Positions 1 to 10,967 of a stretch of 64,000 bases of DNA are shown one piece after another. Within the stretch, counting starts at the first letter, position 1; each line of letters begins with the position of its first letter. The notes beneath the pieces are model-generated. The model searched no databases, was not told where the DNA came from, and saw only the letters and a list, made by a program, of their open reading frames with translations. Source of the DNA: Cyanobacteria bacterium J06626_4 (lineage in GTDB: Bacteria > Cyanobacteriota > Cyanobacteriia > Phormidesmidales > Phormidesmidaceae); the NCBI GenBank assembly GCA_038523235.1, contig JBCBJQ010000018.1, positions 19,481 to 83,480 on the forward strand, given 5' to 3'. The position numbers and the translations under genes were made by a program.

Positions 1-3
1 CCT

Positions 4-564
4 TTGATTATTGCCTTACTGGCCGCCTGGCACTTGGGCGAGCGTCTGACCCCAAAAGTTTATGGGGCAATCGCCTTGGGGATTACGGGGACTATTTTGC
101 TCGTGGCTAGGCCGGAGGCGATCGCGGCTAACCCCCGCTTTTTTCTCGGCGTTATGCTGTCGTTTGGTGCTGCTTTCGGCTATGCGGGCTACGTGGTGAT
201 CGCGAAAGTGCAGGTGGCCAACCAGCCCCCGCTAACGATTGCGGCTTCGGGCTTCACCCTGGCAGCGCTGTTTTTGCTGCCGACATTGGCCTGGCAGCCG
301 CCCTGGCAAGATTGGGTGAAAGTGCTGCCCTGGCTACTGTATTTAGGCATCGTCACCACCGCGATCGCCTACGGCATTTACATGATTGGCTTGAGGCATA
401 CGTCAGCGACAGCGGCAGGGGTTTTGGTACTGCTAGAGCCCTTAACGGCGACTTTGCTAGGCGTCTTTTTCTTTCGGGAGCCGATGTCGCTGACAGGCGT
501 GGTCGGTGCCATCCTCTTGCTGAGTGCGATCGCGCTGCTAACGTTACAATCCCAACCCGCATGA
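4..564 (+). CDS. DMT/EamA family transporter, probably 5'-truncated by the window edge
   Basis: Multiple hydrophobic helices; EamA-like motifs 'LGERLT', 'LLYLGIVTTAIAY', 'LEPLTATLLGVFFFRE'. Confidence 0.85.
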   Translation: MIIALLAAWHLGERLTPKVYGAIALGITGTILLVARPEAIAANPRFFLGVMLSFGAAFGYAGYVVIAKVQVANQPPLTIAASGFTLAALFLLPTLAWQPPWQDWVKVLPWLLYLGIVTTAIAYGIYMIGLRHTSATAAGVLVLLEPLTATLLGVFFFREPMSLTGVVGAILLLSAIALLTLQSQPA

Positions 565-1412
565 CTGTTAACTGCCTTCCTGATCCGACTGGCAAGCAGC
601 TAGGCGAACATGCCCAAGCCTGGCGGACTGACCTCTTTCAAGATTTAGAAGTGCTCCATGCGACCTATCGTCACCATCGGTTTCCCCGTCATCTGCATGA
701 GGAATTTTGCATCGGGGTTATTACTCAGGGAGCAGAGCAAGTGAGCTATCAAGGCACGACCCATTTAGCGGCAGTGGGCAGTTTGGTGGTGATTCCGCCC
801 GAAGCCGTTCACAGCAATGTGGCCGCCGATGCTACTGGTTGGAGCTTCCGAGTCTGCTATCCCAGAGCCACTCTGTTTATGCAGCTGGGGTTCGGGGCAT
901 CGCTGCCCTGCTTTCAAGAACCGATTATTACCGATCCGCCGCTGGCTCAAGCGTTTATCTATTTTCATCAGCTGCTGTCGCAGGCCAATCCACAAACAGC
1001 CCTCGCCGCCGAATCAGTTTTGCTAACAGCTTTGGCTCAACTCGTCCAGCGGCACAGTCAGTCTAGATTGACAGATAAGCAGGGCAGCGAGTCAAGGGCC
1101 GTCAACCAAATCCGAGACTACCTACACGTCTACTATGCGGACAAGATTGTGCTGCAGGATTTAGTTGAACTCACCGGGTTGAGCCCTTATCATCTCTCGC
1201 GAGTATTTCAACGGGCGACAGGGTTGCCGCCCCACGCTTATCTGATTCAAGTGCGAGTTGCTAAGGCCAAAATGCTCCTGGCTCAAGGACATTTACCAGC
1301 GGCTGTGGCCTGTGAAATGGGGTTCACCGATCAAAGTCATCTCACCAAAACGTTCAAGGCCATAGTCGGAGTAACGCCCAAGCAGTATCAAGGTAACCCA
1401 CTCAATCACTGA
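561..1412 (+). CDS. AraC family transcriptional regulator
   Basis: N-terminal cupin-like 'FPRHLHEEF' and C-terminal HTH 'GFTDQSHLTKTFK..VGVTP'. The ATG at 561 overlaps the upstream stop (ATGA), so the longer ORF start at 312 is unlikely. Confidence 0.9.
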   Translation: MTVNCLPDPTGKQLGEHAQAWRTDLFQDLEVLHATYRHHRFPRHLHEEFCIGVITQGAEQVSYQGTTHLAAVGSLVVIPPEAVHSNVAADATGWSFRVCYPRATLFMQLGFGASLPCFQEPIITDPPLAQAFIYFHQLLSQANPQTALAAESVLLTALAQLVQRHSQSRLTDKQGSESRAVNQIRDYLHVYYADKIVLQDLVELTGLSPYHLSRVFQRATGLPPHAYLIQVRVAKAKMLLAQGHLPAAVACEMGFTDQSHLTKTFKAIVGVTPKQYQGNPLNH

Positions 1413-1784
1413 TCAGAGACAAGGGGCGATGGCACCGGTAGCAAGGCCCGAAAGGCTTAAAAGTTAGGCATATTGACCGTGAAGACTTATCGGCAGCTAG
1501 AATTCGGCAGTCAGAATAAAATGCTGGTTAAAGCGTGTCTTCAGCCATTCAGGCTGTCTTAACCAAACTGCAGCTAGTACTCCACGGCAGCAGTAAGACG
1601 ACTATTCCAGTTCCCTGGCCCCCTTGCTCCCACGGCGCCCTAGCCATCGGCAATGGTTGGTGAAATCACGCCGCAGTCTACTAGTCAGATCGTCAGGACT
1701 CGATGCGATCGACAGACATCCTGCAACATGCAGAAACGGCGCGTCAGAGACTCATCTGAGCCCGCCAAGCGAGAGTCGCTACCG

Positions 1785-2726
1785 TCAAGCGACCGGGAGT
1801 TTGGGCACCAGCGTTTGCTCAGGATTGCGGCGGGTAGAGCGAATTTGCCAAAGGAGACGCCACGGCGCTGGGTTGAAGCAAGCAGGAAATAACAGCTCGG
1901 TGGCGATCGGGAGCTTACGTTGCGCCAGAGCGATTAAGCCCCAGTGCAGATACACGTATTGACTGATGATGTCGATGGAAGGATAGTTGGATTGCTCAGC
2001 TTCCTCTGCAGGTATAAATTTATAGATGCGTCTTTTAATGACGACATTCAGCTCTGCTCGACCTTTGAGATTCTTCTTTTGCTCAAACCCACCCGACCAG
2101 AGTGTGCGGTAGGCCAGATATTCATTGAGAAATAACGCGTCGCCATAGGCGGCAATTCTGACCCAAGCGTCAATGTCGTCGTAGTTGGTAGTCATGGTGA
2201 TATCCCACCCACCCGCTTGCAAGAAGGCTTGACGTTGAGCCGCAACTTGTACCGGCGTACCGACAGGAGTTTGCTCAAGCAACATGCCATAGTGAATGGC
2301 TGTTCTAGGCACGTAAAACGTCTGGCCAGGCCCCACCGCACCGGTACGTCGCAGTTCATTGCCCTGCTCATCAACGTGAACTGACCGACAGGAACAGAGC
2401 ACCGCTTGCGGATGCTGGGCGATCGCTTGACCCATTTTCTCAACGCAGTCTTCGGCGAGATAATCGTCATCATCAAGGAACTTGATCCAGTCTCCACTGG
2501 AGACCTCGACCCCCGCGTTCACACTGCCGGCATGGTTGAGGTTGACCGCATTGCGATGGTAAATTACCTGGTCACCCAAACTGCGAACATAGGCCTCGGT
2601 ATCATCTGTTGACGCATCATCAACGACGACGACTTCGCAGGGCACCGTTTGGTTGAGAGCAGAGGCGATCGCACGCTTCAAAAACTCAAGTCGGTTGTAA
2701 GTGGTAATAACAATGCTGAATTTCAC
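1785..2726 (-). CDS. Glycosyltransferase family 2
   Basis: 'FSIVITTYNR', 'VVVVDDASTD', 'FLDDDD' GT-A motifs. Confidence 0.9.
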   Translation of the reverse strand: MKFSIVITTYNRLEFLKRAIASALNQTVPCEVVVVDDASTDDTEAYVRSLGDQVIYHRNAVNLNHAGSVNAGVEVSSGDWIKFLDDDDYLAEDCVEKMGQAIAQHPQAVLCSCRSVHVDEQGNELRRTGAVGPGQTFYVPRTAIHYGMLLEQTPVGTPVQVAAQRQAFLQAGGWDITMTTNYDDIDAWVRIAAYGDALFLNEYLAYRTLWSGGFEQKKNLKGRAELNVVIKRRIYKFIPAEEAEQSNYPSIDIISQYVYLHWGLIALAQRKLPIATELLFPACFNPAPWRLLWQIRSTRRNPEQTLVPKLPVA

Positions 2727-3001
2727 TTCGAATTAGTGGGTGAGCAACCGAATAGGAAATTGTTCTTGGCCAGATCTTAGGGCTGAATTAGTTTCGTTCC
2801 TTAGTCCCATTCTGGAGGACTAGATTCAGTATCCTCAGGATTGAGGAATTGAAGGGGCCAATGCGTCAGTTCTACATGATGCAAACAGCGGCTCCTTGTT
2901 CCAAAAACAAACTGCCCACAGCCAAACCTAATCGCTTGACGCGGGCAGACCAACCCTAGCCATTAGCCGTCTCAGTGACTTTAATGCAAGCTTTCAAAAA
3001 G

Positions 3002-6000
3002 TCAAAGCAGAGCTAAACGAGATTGCAAAATCTCGGCTTGAGTCTCCGCTTCGGTAAGGGCGTCGCGGGCTCCCTGCACCACATCTTCAGGGGCCTTATT
3101 AACAAATCCGGGATTTCCCAACCGCCCCGAGAGCGATTTGATTTCACCCTCGACTTTAGCCAGGTCTTTTTCGAGCTTGGCCTTAAGGGCATCAACATCA
3201 ACAAGCCCCGTCAATGGAATCAACACCTGCACCGTTCCCACTACACCGGCGAACATTTTGGGTGGGGGTGTCGATGAGGCGGCGACGGACGAAGCCGCAG
3301 GAGGATCTGAGACAGCGGCTGGAGCGGCAGTTGCTGACGCTGGGGGAGTAGGTGGTACTACCACTGTAGAGGTCGCTGGCTGAGCTGCTGTTTGGCGGTT
3401 GATCCAGTCTTTAGCCTCGCCCATCACCTCTTGACGCCAGTGGGCCAACTGCTGCCAGGTTTGGCGGCGCTTGGGGGCATACAGCAAATTTTTGCTGATA
3501 AACCAGGCAGTGTAGCCGATACCGACCAGCTCAAGTAATGGCGCTACCAGCGGCAGACTTTCTAAGGTGCTGACGATCGCAGACAACACCTGCAAGGTAA
3601 TTAAGAGCGCTGCGAATAAGATCAACGAGCCAGCGGGTCGCCGAAAATCGCTAAAAAATCGCTGGATATAGGTCAACGGCTCCTCCAGCAGAGGACGCAT
3701 CGTCACCCAAAAATCAGTCACCTCAGCCGCGATCGTACTGACACTGAGTCCATCAACCAGGTCGGTATCTGGCTTAGAACGAGCAGGAGCATTCGGAACA
3801 TCCGCCGTTTCTGAGGCCACCTCAGGGTTGACGGCAGCGCTCATGTGCGGCGCATCAGGTCGGTCAGTGGTCGTCTCTGAGTTCACAGTCGGGGCGGTAG
3901 CCGGTGGTTGGGGGGCCGCATCGCCTTGGATCGTCAGCGTTTCGACTTTGCCCAACGCCTGAATGTACGGCTGGGTGGATTTCAAAATCCGCTGCTCAGC
4001 AGGATTGGCTGACTGCAAAATGATCTCAATGCGAGCACTGGGCTTGATCCCGGCCTCCGCTCGCAAGTTACGAATTGTGCGAATTGTGCCAAACAGCAGG
4101 TCAAACTCCTGTTCCAGCATCGGCTTGATCGCCTCGGTGTCAGCCGTGGGATAAACCTGCATCGCTAAAAACTCATCCTCATCCGCCTGGTTAAGGGTGT
4201 GCCAGATCTCTTCAGTAATGTGGGGCATAAAGGGATGCAGCGATCGCAAAATGCCATCTAGCACATAGGCCAGGGTTTGCTGAGCGACCTGTTTAGCCTC
4301 ACCATCACCCTGTAGGCGCGGTTTCACCAGCTCGATATACCAGTCGCAAAAGTCACCCCAGACAAAGTCATAAAGATGCTTGGCCGCTTCACCAAAGCCA
4401 TACTTCTCCATATCGGTGTGCACTTGCTGCAAGACGCCGCTGTGACGCGACAAAATCCAGCGATCGGCGAGTTCGAGGGTGGTAGGATTGGGGACGCCAA
4501 GCTGCGCCGGTGTCTGTCCTTCGAGATTCATCATCACAAACCGGGCCGCGTTCCACAGCTTGTTGGTGAAGTTACGCGAGGCCTCGACGGAGACGGACTC
4601 ATCGGTTTTGCGATCGTATTCCAGGCGAATATCTTGACCGGCCCCGGCGACCTCACGAATCAGCGCGTAGCGGAGGGCATCAGTGCCGTACTTGTTGATC
4701 AAAATTAGCGGATCAATGCCATTGCCCTTAGACTTCGACATCTTTTGATTATTTTCGTCCCGCACCAGACCGTGGATGTAGACTGCCTCGAAGGGCATTT
4801 GGTCGGTGAAATGTCCCGCCATCATCGTCATGCGGGCCACCCAGAAAAAGATGATGTCAAACCCGGTCACCAAGGTAGTGGTGGGGTAATAGGTTTGAAA
4901 ATCTGGGGCGCTCTCATCGGGCCAGCCCATCGTCGAAAACGGCCATAATCCCGACGAAAACCAGGTATCCAGCACATCCGGATCTTGGGCCAGCAAAACA
5001 TCTTCGCCGAACTGGGCGATCGCTTTCTCCTCGGCTTCATCAAAATTCGCCGCCACCACAAAGGGGGTATTGTCACGAATCTCGCCGTCGGTTTCGCTAA
5101 CGGCATACCAGGCCGGAATCTGGTGGCCCCACCATAACTGCCGGGAGATGCACCAGTCGCGCAGGCTGACTAACCAGTCGCGATAGACCTTCGTCCACCG
5201 TTCGGGCACAAACTTCGGGGAGTGGTGCTGATCCAAGGCTGCCAGTGCTTTTTGGGCCAGGGGCTCAATTTTGACAAACCACTGGGTTGAGAGCAGGGGT
5301 TCCACGGGCACCTTACCGCGATCGCTATAGGGCACCGTGTGCTGATAGTCTTCAATGCGTACCAAGAAACCATCATCTCGTAGGCGATCGACCACGGCTT
5401 TCCGCGCTTCAAACCGATCCATCCCTTCAAACGGCCCGGCGTCAGAATTCATCGTGCCGTCTTTATTCATGACGGTGATGCGGGGCAGGTCGTGGCGCTG
5501 ACCCATGGCAAAGTCATTGGGATCGTGGGCGGGCGTTACTTTAACGCAGCCGGTACCAAATTCCTTGTCCACATAGTCATCGGCAATGATCGGAATTTCG
5601 CGCTCCATAATGGGCAAGGCCAGGGTTTTGCCCACGAAGTCCCGATAGCGATCATCCTCCGGATTCACCGCCACGGCGGTATCGCCCAACATCGTCTCAG
5701 GGCGCGTGGTGGCCACTTCTACATAGCCGGAACCATCCGTCAGCGGATAGCGAAAATGCCAGAGATGACCATTCACCTCCGTTGGCTCTACTTCCAGATC
5801 AGACACCGCCGACTGACTCGCAGGGCACCAGTTCACCATGTAGTTGCCCCGGTAGATCAGGCCCTCTTCGTAAAGTTGAGTAAACGCCTTGACCACGGCC
5901 TTCGACAAGCCCGCATCCATCGTGAAGCGCTCCCGGCTCCAGTCAACCGAAACGCCGAGCTTCCGCAACTGGCTCACAATCGTGCCGCCCGATTCCGCTT

Positions 6001-6370
6001 TCCATTGCCAGGCCCGCTCCAAAAACTGCTCGCGTCCCAAGTCTTCCAGCGTCTTGCCGTCCGCTTTGATCTGCCGTTCTAGAATGGTTTGTACGGCAAT
6101 GCTGGCATGGTCAGTGCCCGGCAACCACAAGGCGTTGCGTCCCTGCATGCGTTGGTAGCGCACTAGTGTGTCAATCAGGGCGTTCTCAAAGGCATGGCCC
6201 ATGTGCAGACTGCCGGTGACGTTGGGCGGCGGAATGACCACACAAAAGGGTTCTCCCGGATGATCGGGGTCAGCCTTAAAGACATGGCGGGCTTCCCAAG
6301 CAGTTTGCCATTTCCCTTCCGTCAGAGAGGGGTCGTATTGGCTGGGAAGATTGGGGATGGTGGCCGTCAT
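3002..6370 (-). CDS. valS: Valine--tRNA ligase with CAAD (CURT1-like) membrane-anchor insertion
   Basis: HIGH-like 'HMGH', 'KMSKS', '[12 protein letters not shown]', C-terminal coiled coil; hydrophobic insert near 3420-3675. Confidence 0.97.
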   Translation of the reverse strand: MTATIPNLPSQYDPSLTEGKWQTAWEARHVFKADPDHPGEPFCVVIPPPNVTGSLHMGHAFENALIDTLVRYQRMQGRNALWLPGTDHASIAVQTILERQIKADGKTLEDLGREQFLERAWQWKAESGGTIVSQLRKLGVSVDWSRERFTMDAGLSKAVVKAFTQLYEEGLIYRGNYMVNWCPASQSAVSDLEVEPTEVNGHLWHFRYPLTDGSGYVEVATTRPETMLGDTAVAVNPEDDRYRDFVGKTLALPIMEREIPIIADDYVDKEFGTGCVKVTPAHDPNDFAMGQRHDLPRITVMNKDGTMNSDAGPFEGMDRFEARKAVVDRLRDDGFLVRIEDYQHTVPYSDRGKVPVEPLLSTQWFVKIEPLAQKALAALDQHHSPKFVPERWTKVYRDWLVSLRDWCISRQLWWGHQIPAWYAVSETDGEIRDNTPFVVAANFDEAEEKAIAQFGEDVLLAQDPDVLDTWFSSGLWPFSTMGWPDESAPDFQTYYPTTTLVTGFDIIFFWVARMTMMAGHFTDQMPFEAVYIHGLVRDENNQKMSKSKGNGIDPLILINKYGTDALRYALIREVAGAGQDIRLEYDRKTDESVSVEASRNFTNKLWNAARFVMMNLEGQTPAQLGVPNPTTLELADRWILSRHSGVLQQVHTDMEKYGFGEAAKHLYDFVWGDFCDWYIELVKPRLQGDGEAKQVAQQTLAYVLDGILRSLHPFMPHITEEIWHTLNQADEDEFLAMQVYPTADTEAIKPMLEQEFDLLFGTIRTIRNLRAEAGIKPSARIEIILQSANPAEQRILKSTQPYIQALGKVETLTIQGDAAPQPPATAPTVNSETTTDRPDAPHMSAAVNPEVASETADVPNAPARSKPDTDLVDGLSVSTIAAEVTDFWVTMRPLLEEPLTYIQRFFSDFRRPAGSLILFAALLITLQVLSAIVSTLESLPLVAPLLELVGIGYTAWFISKNLLYAPKRRQTWQQLAHWRQEVMGEAKDWINRQTAAQPATSTVVVPPTPPASATAAPAAVSDPPAASSVAASSTPPPKMFAGVVGTVQVLIPLTGLVDVDALKAKLEKDLAKVEGEIKSLSGRLGNPGFVNKAPEDVVQGARDALTEAETQAEILQSRLALL

Positions 6371-6430
6371 GGGGATAGAGTTCTCGTTCGGGGCAGTCGA
6401 TTACCTCATGATCTTGCCATGAGATTTCCT

Positions 6431-7273
6431 TTAGAGACTAAGAGAACGGAAGAATTTCGCATCACCGGGCGCTTCACAGACGGCCTTTCTGAATATTTCG
6501 TTCAGTCGTTCCAGAACTTCGCTCTTATTGACGAGATCAGGGCGGCCCAGCCCGTAATACTCATCGTTGTGGCGCTCGAACTCGTGCTCGATAAATTCGT
6601 TAAGTTCTAGCACTGGTTTACCCACGCCCAATTCTGGAGACTGGATCTTTAACGCCAGCAGCTCATCAATGAGGGGAACCAATGGTCTCGGAGCAGTCTT
6701 GGCAACGAGCCGAACAAACTCAACCGGGGGAACACCGAGCCCCTGCTCTAGATGGCGAATGGCCAGTAGCGGGCGCAAAACATAGAAATACTTTTTCAAC
6801 CGAACTTGGTCGCGATACAGGAAACTAGCAGCGTTGCTTCGCGCCATGTGACTGTAGTGGTAACACAGGGCCACGCGGTTGGCGGTGACATTTGCCAGGG
6901 CGCGCAGCTGACCCGCAAAGTCACCCACCTCGATGTAACGGATCGGACTGTTTAGCCACTCGAAGAGCGCGCCGTTGGTGCGAGTAAAGAGGTAAAGCGC
7001 CTTGCGAATATCCCAGCCGTTGCAATCAATCTCGTCGACGATGGGGTACTCGATGACGTCACGACGTCGCTCTACATCAAATGACAAGTACCAATCGGCC
7101 GGACGAGCATAGATAAATCTCACGTCATAGTCAGAATCAGGCGAGGCGAACCCCCAGGCCCGGCTGCCCGACTCACAGGCATACAAAATCTTGACGTTGT
7201 GCTCTGCCTCAGTTTGAGCGAGCCGCTGCTTGATCTCTACAGCAAACGGCGGCGGGATTTGAGAGAATTCCAC
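6431..7273 (-). CDS. Nucleotidyltransferase, YcgL/RlaP-like family
   Basis: 'ACESGSRAWGFASPDSDYDVRFIY', 'GWDIRKAL', 'KKYFYVLRPLLA'; GTG start at 7273 inferred (ORF extends to 7321). Confidence 0.85.
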   Translation of the reverse strand: MEFSQIPPPFAVEIKQRLAQTEAEHNVKILYACESGSRAWGFASPDSDYDVRFIYARPADWYLSFDVERRRDVIEYPIVDEIDCNGWDIRKALYLFTRTNGALFEWLNSPIRYIEVGDFAGQLRALANVTANRVALCYHYSHMARSNAASFLYRDQVRLKKYFYVLRPLLAIRHLEQGLGVPPVEFVRLVAKTAPRPLVPLIDELLALKIQSPELGVGKPVLELNEFIEHEFERHNDEYYGLGRPDLVNKSEVLERLNEIFRKAVCEAPGDAKFFRSLSL

Positions 7274-7425
7274 GGTATCTCCGGTGTCGCCTAAAGATGA
7301 CGTTGAGCCGCCGAACGGCATACTGAACGACGGTCATCATGGTGCTGATTGTTCTTGTCAGATGCCCAAACATGCACTGACCGAAGCCGGTCATGGGGCG
7401 ATCGCGGCTCAGAATCCGAGCATCG

Positions 7426-7800
7426 CTACCACCAGCTTGTTCCCCTCTTCGGCCCGATGAAGTCCTTGTGCACCCAACCGACCTGCTCTGACACTGGAAA
7501 TTTGACTTGAATCCAGGTTTCACATTCTCGGCTAAAGGCTTGACCGATGAGCTCCACATCTTCACCAACCAGCCCGTAGGCCGTGACCTCGTAATCTAAT
7601 CCTGGCCCGGTTCTCACATTGACCCGACTACCAACCGTTTCGCCATCGATGAAAGCGGGTTCGGGTTCATCATACGAAAACACCTCTTCAGCCGGAATGT
7701 CGGTGTCGTCAGCGTATACGGGACAGGTGAGCACGGGTTGACTGTGAGCGGGTGCAGCCAGTGAGAACAGCGTCGCGGTGGCGATCAGAATTTTTTTCAT
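7426..7800 (-). CDS. Secreted bacterial SH3-domain protein
   Basis: Signal peptide 'MKKILIATATLFSLAAPAHS'; SH3b motifs 'VNVRTGPGLDY' and 'W.QVKF....GWV'. Confidence 0.8.
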   Translation of the reverse strand: MKKILIATATLFSLAAPAHSQPVLTCPVYADDTDIPAEEVFSYDEPEPAFIDGETVGSRVNVRTGPGLDYEVTAYGLVGEDVELIGQAFSRECETWIQVKFPVSEQVGWVHKDFIGPKRGTSWW

Positions 7801-7864
7801 GGGATTGAGAGACCTCCAATCAGCGCTTCTGCGATGAGCGATCGCACCTCTCAAACTTCAATTG

Positions 7865-7899
7865 CCGCACTCCGCATTCCGCATGCTGCACTCCGAATT
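7865..7899 (+). repeat. Heptamer tandem repeat (STRR-like), 5 degenerate units
   Basis: ccgcact ccgcatt ccgcatg ctgcact ccgaatt, immediately past the guaA stop. Confidence 0.7.
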
Positions 7900-7905
7900 C
7901 GCTCT

Positions 7906-9519
7906 CTACTCCCACTCAATGGTGCCGGGCGGCTTAGACGTCACGTCATACACCACGCGATTGACGCCTTTGACTTCGTTGACGATGCGATTAGAAATGG
8001 CCTCTAGCAGATCGTAAGGAGTGCGCGACCAATCAGCGGTCATGCCATCTTCGCTGGAAACAAACCGCAGCACGATGGGATAGGCGTAGGTGCGCTGGTC
8101 GCCCATAACGCCAACACTGCGTACGGGCAGCAGCACCGCAAAGGCCTGCCAAAAGTCGTGATACATGCCGCGATCGCGAATCTCTTGCCGCACGATATAG
8201 TCAGCATCGCGTAGGATGTCGAGCTTTTCGGCGGTGACTTCGCCCAAGATGCGAATTGCCAGACCAGGACCAGGGAAGGGATGGCGGCGCACGATTTCTT
8301 CAGGCAGGCCCAGCGATCGCCCGAGCTTACGCACTTCATCTTTAAATAACTTTCGCAGCGGCTCAACGAGCTTAAACCGCAAATCCTTAGGCAGGCCGCC
8401 AACGTTGTGGTGGCTTTTGATTTTGACCGCGACGCGTTCGCCAGTTTTCGGATCGACGTTCGTGTCGGCAGACTCAATCACGTCAGGATATAGCGTGCCT
8501 TGAGCCAGGTAGTCAAACGGCCCGAGGCGGCGCGACTCTTCTTCAAAAACCTGAATGAATTCGTGACCGATGCGCTTGCGCTTGACCTCTGGATCGGTGA
8601 CACCTTTCACCTGTTCGAGGAAGCGCTCGCGGGCGTTGACGTAGCTGACGTGGATGTGGAACTGCTCTTCAAACAGTTTCACTAAGCGTTCGGGCTCACC
8701 CTTGCGCATAAAGCCCTGGTCGATAAACATGCAGGTGAGCTTGTCACCAATGGCTTTGTTTAACAAAAACGCCAGGGTCGAAGAATCGACGCCGCCAGAC
8801 AGGGCCAACAGCACGCGGCGATCGCCGACGCGAGCGCGGACTTCGCGCACGGCTTCTTCGATAAAGGCTTCCGTCGTCCATGTAGGCTGACAGTCGCAAA
8901 TGTGATAGACAAAGTTACGAATCAGCGCCTGACCGTCTTGAGAATGAACCACTTCGGGGTGAAACTGGACGCCATAGTATTTCCGCTCATGGTCAGCGAT
9001 CGCGGCACTCGGCGTGTTGTTGGTGTGGGCTAACACTTCAAAGCCAGGGGGCATTTGGGTGACCGAGTCGCCGTGGCTCATCCACATTGTGGAGCCATCT
9101 TCCACATTAGTGAGCAGATCCGTGGGGTCATCAATTTTCAGCGAAGCTTTGCCGTATTCGGCCCGCTCGGCCCGCTCGACTTGACCACCCAGCTGCTGCA
9201 CCATCAGCTGCATGCCATAGCACACCCCCAATACCGGCACGCCCAGATTCCAAATCTCCGGGTCGCAATGGGGCGCCCGTTCGTCGTAGACCGAGTTTGG
9301 CCCACCAGACAAGATGATGCCCTGAGGATTAAGCTGCCGCAACTGCTCTGCCGTCGTGCGATAGGACAGCACTTCAGAATAAACTTCGGTTTCGCGAATG
9401 CGGCGGGCAATCAGTTCAGAATATTGCGAGCCAAAATCTAAGATCACCAACATTTGGCGATCGAGTCTCGCCGTACTGGGCTCATCAGAGGTCGTCGCGG
9501 TTTGGGTTTGCAGAGTCAC
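7906..9519 (-). CDS. guaA: GMP synthase (glutamine-hydrolysing)
   Basis: 'ILDFGSQY', 'GVCYGMQ', 'SGGVDSS', 'KSHHNVGGL', '[10 protein letters not shown]'; GTG start at 9519 inferred (ORF extends to 9609). Confidence 0.97.
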   Translation of the reverse strand: MTLQTQTATTSDEPSTARLDRQMLVILDFGSQYSELIARRIRETEVYSEVLSYRTTAEQLRQLNPQGIILSGGPNSVYDERAPHCDPEIWNLGVPVLGVCYGMQLMVQQLGGQVERAERAEYGKASLKIDDPTDLLTNVEDGSTMWMSHGDSVTQMPPGFEVLAHTNNTPSAAIADHERKYYGVQFHPEVVHSQDGQALIRNFVYHICDCQPTWTTEAFIEEAVREVRARVGDRRVLLALSGGVDSSTLAFLLNKAIGDKLTCMFIDQGFMRKGEPERLVKLFEEQFHIHVSYVNARERFLEQVKGVTDPEVKRKRIGHEFIQVFEEESRRLGPFDYLAQGTLYPDVIESADTNVDPKTGERVAVKIKSHHNVGGLPKDLRFKLVEPLRKLFKDEVRKLGRSLGLPEEIVRRHPFPGPGLAIRILGEVTAEKLDILRDADYIVRQEIRDRGMYHDFWQAFAVLLPVRSVGVMGDQRTYAYPIVLRFVSSEDGMTADWSRTPYDLLEAISNRIVNEVKGVNRVVYDVTSKPPGTIEWE

Positions 9520-9726
9520 GGCAGAAATCCTGTGAATAAGTGAATAACTTGAAAGGTGTCGCTTGTCGGCGTTAGCAGCAACCTCAGGAACGGGGCTGTC
9601 AGGTGTCATTAATACGGACGAATAATCAAAAACGATTTAAAAACTGACGGGAGATAATCTCTCAATCTGTCCGTTCATCATGGCGCGAACGAGAGGCTAA
9701 GGTGAGCATCGAAAAAAATATTCCTC

Positions 9727-10869
9727 CTAGCTTACCAAAAGAGTTTGCAAGAGTGACTGGCCGCGATCGCTGATGGCGACAATCTCTCGCGAGCGGTCAA
9801 ACACCGCCGAGCCAACGACTAGCGCGCGATCGGCATTGGCGCGCAGGTAGGTCGTCGATCGCTCATCGATCCGCTGCACCAGCGTTTGATAGATTTGCTC
9901 CACCCAGCTGCCCGATTCGGCAGCGTCGAGCTGTCGCAGATAGGTGAGGCCCGCTTCCACCGTCTGGGCCTGCAATAGTTGCTGTACGTGGGCGGTGGGT
10001 AAGCCTTGAGCAGCGGCGATCGCGGTCAAAATTTCTTGTCGGCCATCAGCGACATAATGATGGGTATGAAAAATGCCGCCCGCTAGCTTAATCAACTTGC
10101 CGTGGTAGCCCAGCAGCAGGATTTCTTGCACGCCACTCAGGGCGGCTTCCACCAGCAGCGGCCCGATCCAGTTGCCGGTTTTGAGCCGCTGCTCGGGTCG
10201 AATGCCAAGCGACAGGGCTTTGTCTAACCCGTTTTCGCCCACACAAAAGACCAGCGTCGTGAACTGCGTCGCCCGCTCCCGCACCGCTTGCCGAAACGCC
10301 GCCAGCTGTCCCGGCGCACTCAGCGGCTCGGCAATGCCCGAAGTGCCCAGCAGCGACAGGCCGTCCACTACGCCAAAGGCAGCATTAGAGGTGCGCAAGG
10401 CTAGCGATCGCCCCTCCGGCAACACAATTGTGATTCGCAGCGATCGCCCCTCCGGCAGCAGCGGCAGCAGATTTGCTTGCAATACCGTCTGGGCATAGGC
10501 ATAGATGGCCGGTTGTTGGTCAGCCTTCACCTGTCGGCCTAACCCCTCACCACCTGCAATCTGGAGGCGCTCTATTTGCAGCGCTGGCCCCCAAGCAGCA
10601 ATCGCCCAAACGGGCGTGTGACGTGTGATATCAAGATTATCGCCGGGATCGCTGCGGCTAATCGCTAGCACGGAGCCGTCGGGCAGCGGTGCCACCTGCT
10701 CAATCGGAATGTCGGCGGAGCGAGCCGGATTTACCAAATCAACGGTAACGGACTCGGCGGCCTGGGTCGAATCCAACAGCATTCGCAGCGCCGCGATCGC
10801 GCTGGCACAGGCAAACACCGGCAGCGTATAGCCTGCTCTGGGTTGGTCAGCTTTTGTCTCAGACGACAT
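9727..10869 (-). CDS. cbiD: Cobalt-precorrin-5B C1-methyltransferase
   Basis: 'GYTLPVFACA', 'SDPGDNLDIT', 'GLSLLGTSG', 'GKLIKLAGGIFHTH'. Confidence 0.93.
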   Translation of the reverse strand: MSSETKADQPRAGYTLPVFACASAIAALRMLLDSTQAAESVTVDLVNPARSADIPIEQVAPLPDGSVLAISRSDPGDNLDITRHTPVWAIAAWGPALQIERLQIAGGEGLGRQVKADQQPAIYAYAQTVLQANLLPLLPEGRSLRITIVLPEGRSLALRTSNAAFGVVDGLSLLGTSGIAEPLSAPGQLAAFRQAVRERATQFTTLVFCVGENGLDKALSLGIRPEQRLKTGNWIGPLLVEAALSGVQEILLLGYHGKLIKLAGGIFHTHHYVADGRQEILTAIAAAQGLPTAHVQQLLQAQTVEAGLTYLRQLDAAESGSWVEQIYQTLVQRIDERSTTYLRANADRALVVGSAVFDRSREIVAISDRGQSLLQTLLVS

Positions 10870-10967
10870 ACTTTGGCAATTAATATGTTGTTAAAGTTGA
10901 GAGCGATCGCGTTCAATTGCGCCGCGATCTTCGCCCAGTGTATTCGCCAGTAGGGTTTGCTGTTTTT

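Noticed and set aside
312..560. Long N-terminal extension of the AraC ORF
   Set aside because: Overlaps the EamA gene in another frame; the ATGA coupling at 561 is the more plausible start.
5492..6082. Antisense and alternative-frame ORFs within housekeeping genes (also 21517-22128, 33048-33740, 58104-58622 and others)
   Set aside because: Shadow ORFs expected from GC-rich codon bias; no recognisable motifs.
9610..10967. Cobalamin or Moco riboswitch near cbiD/moaA
   Set aside because: The intergenic gaps are only about 100 bp and no consensus elements were recognised.
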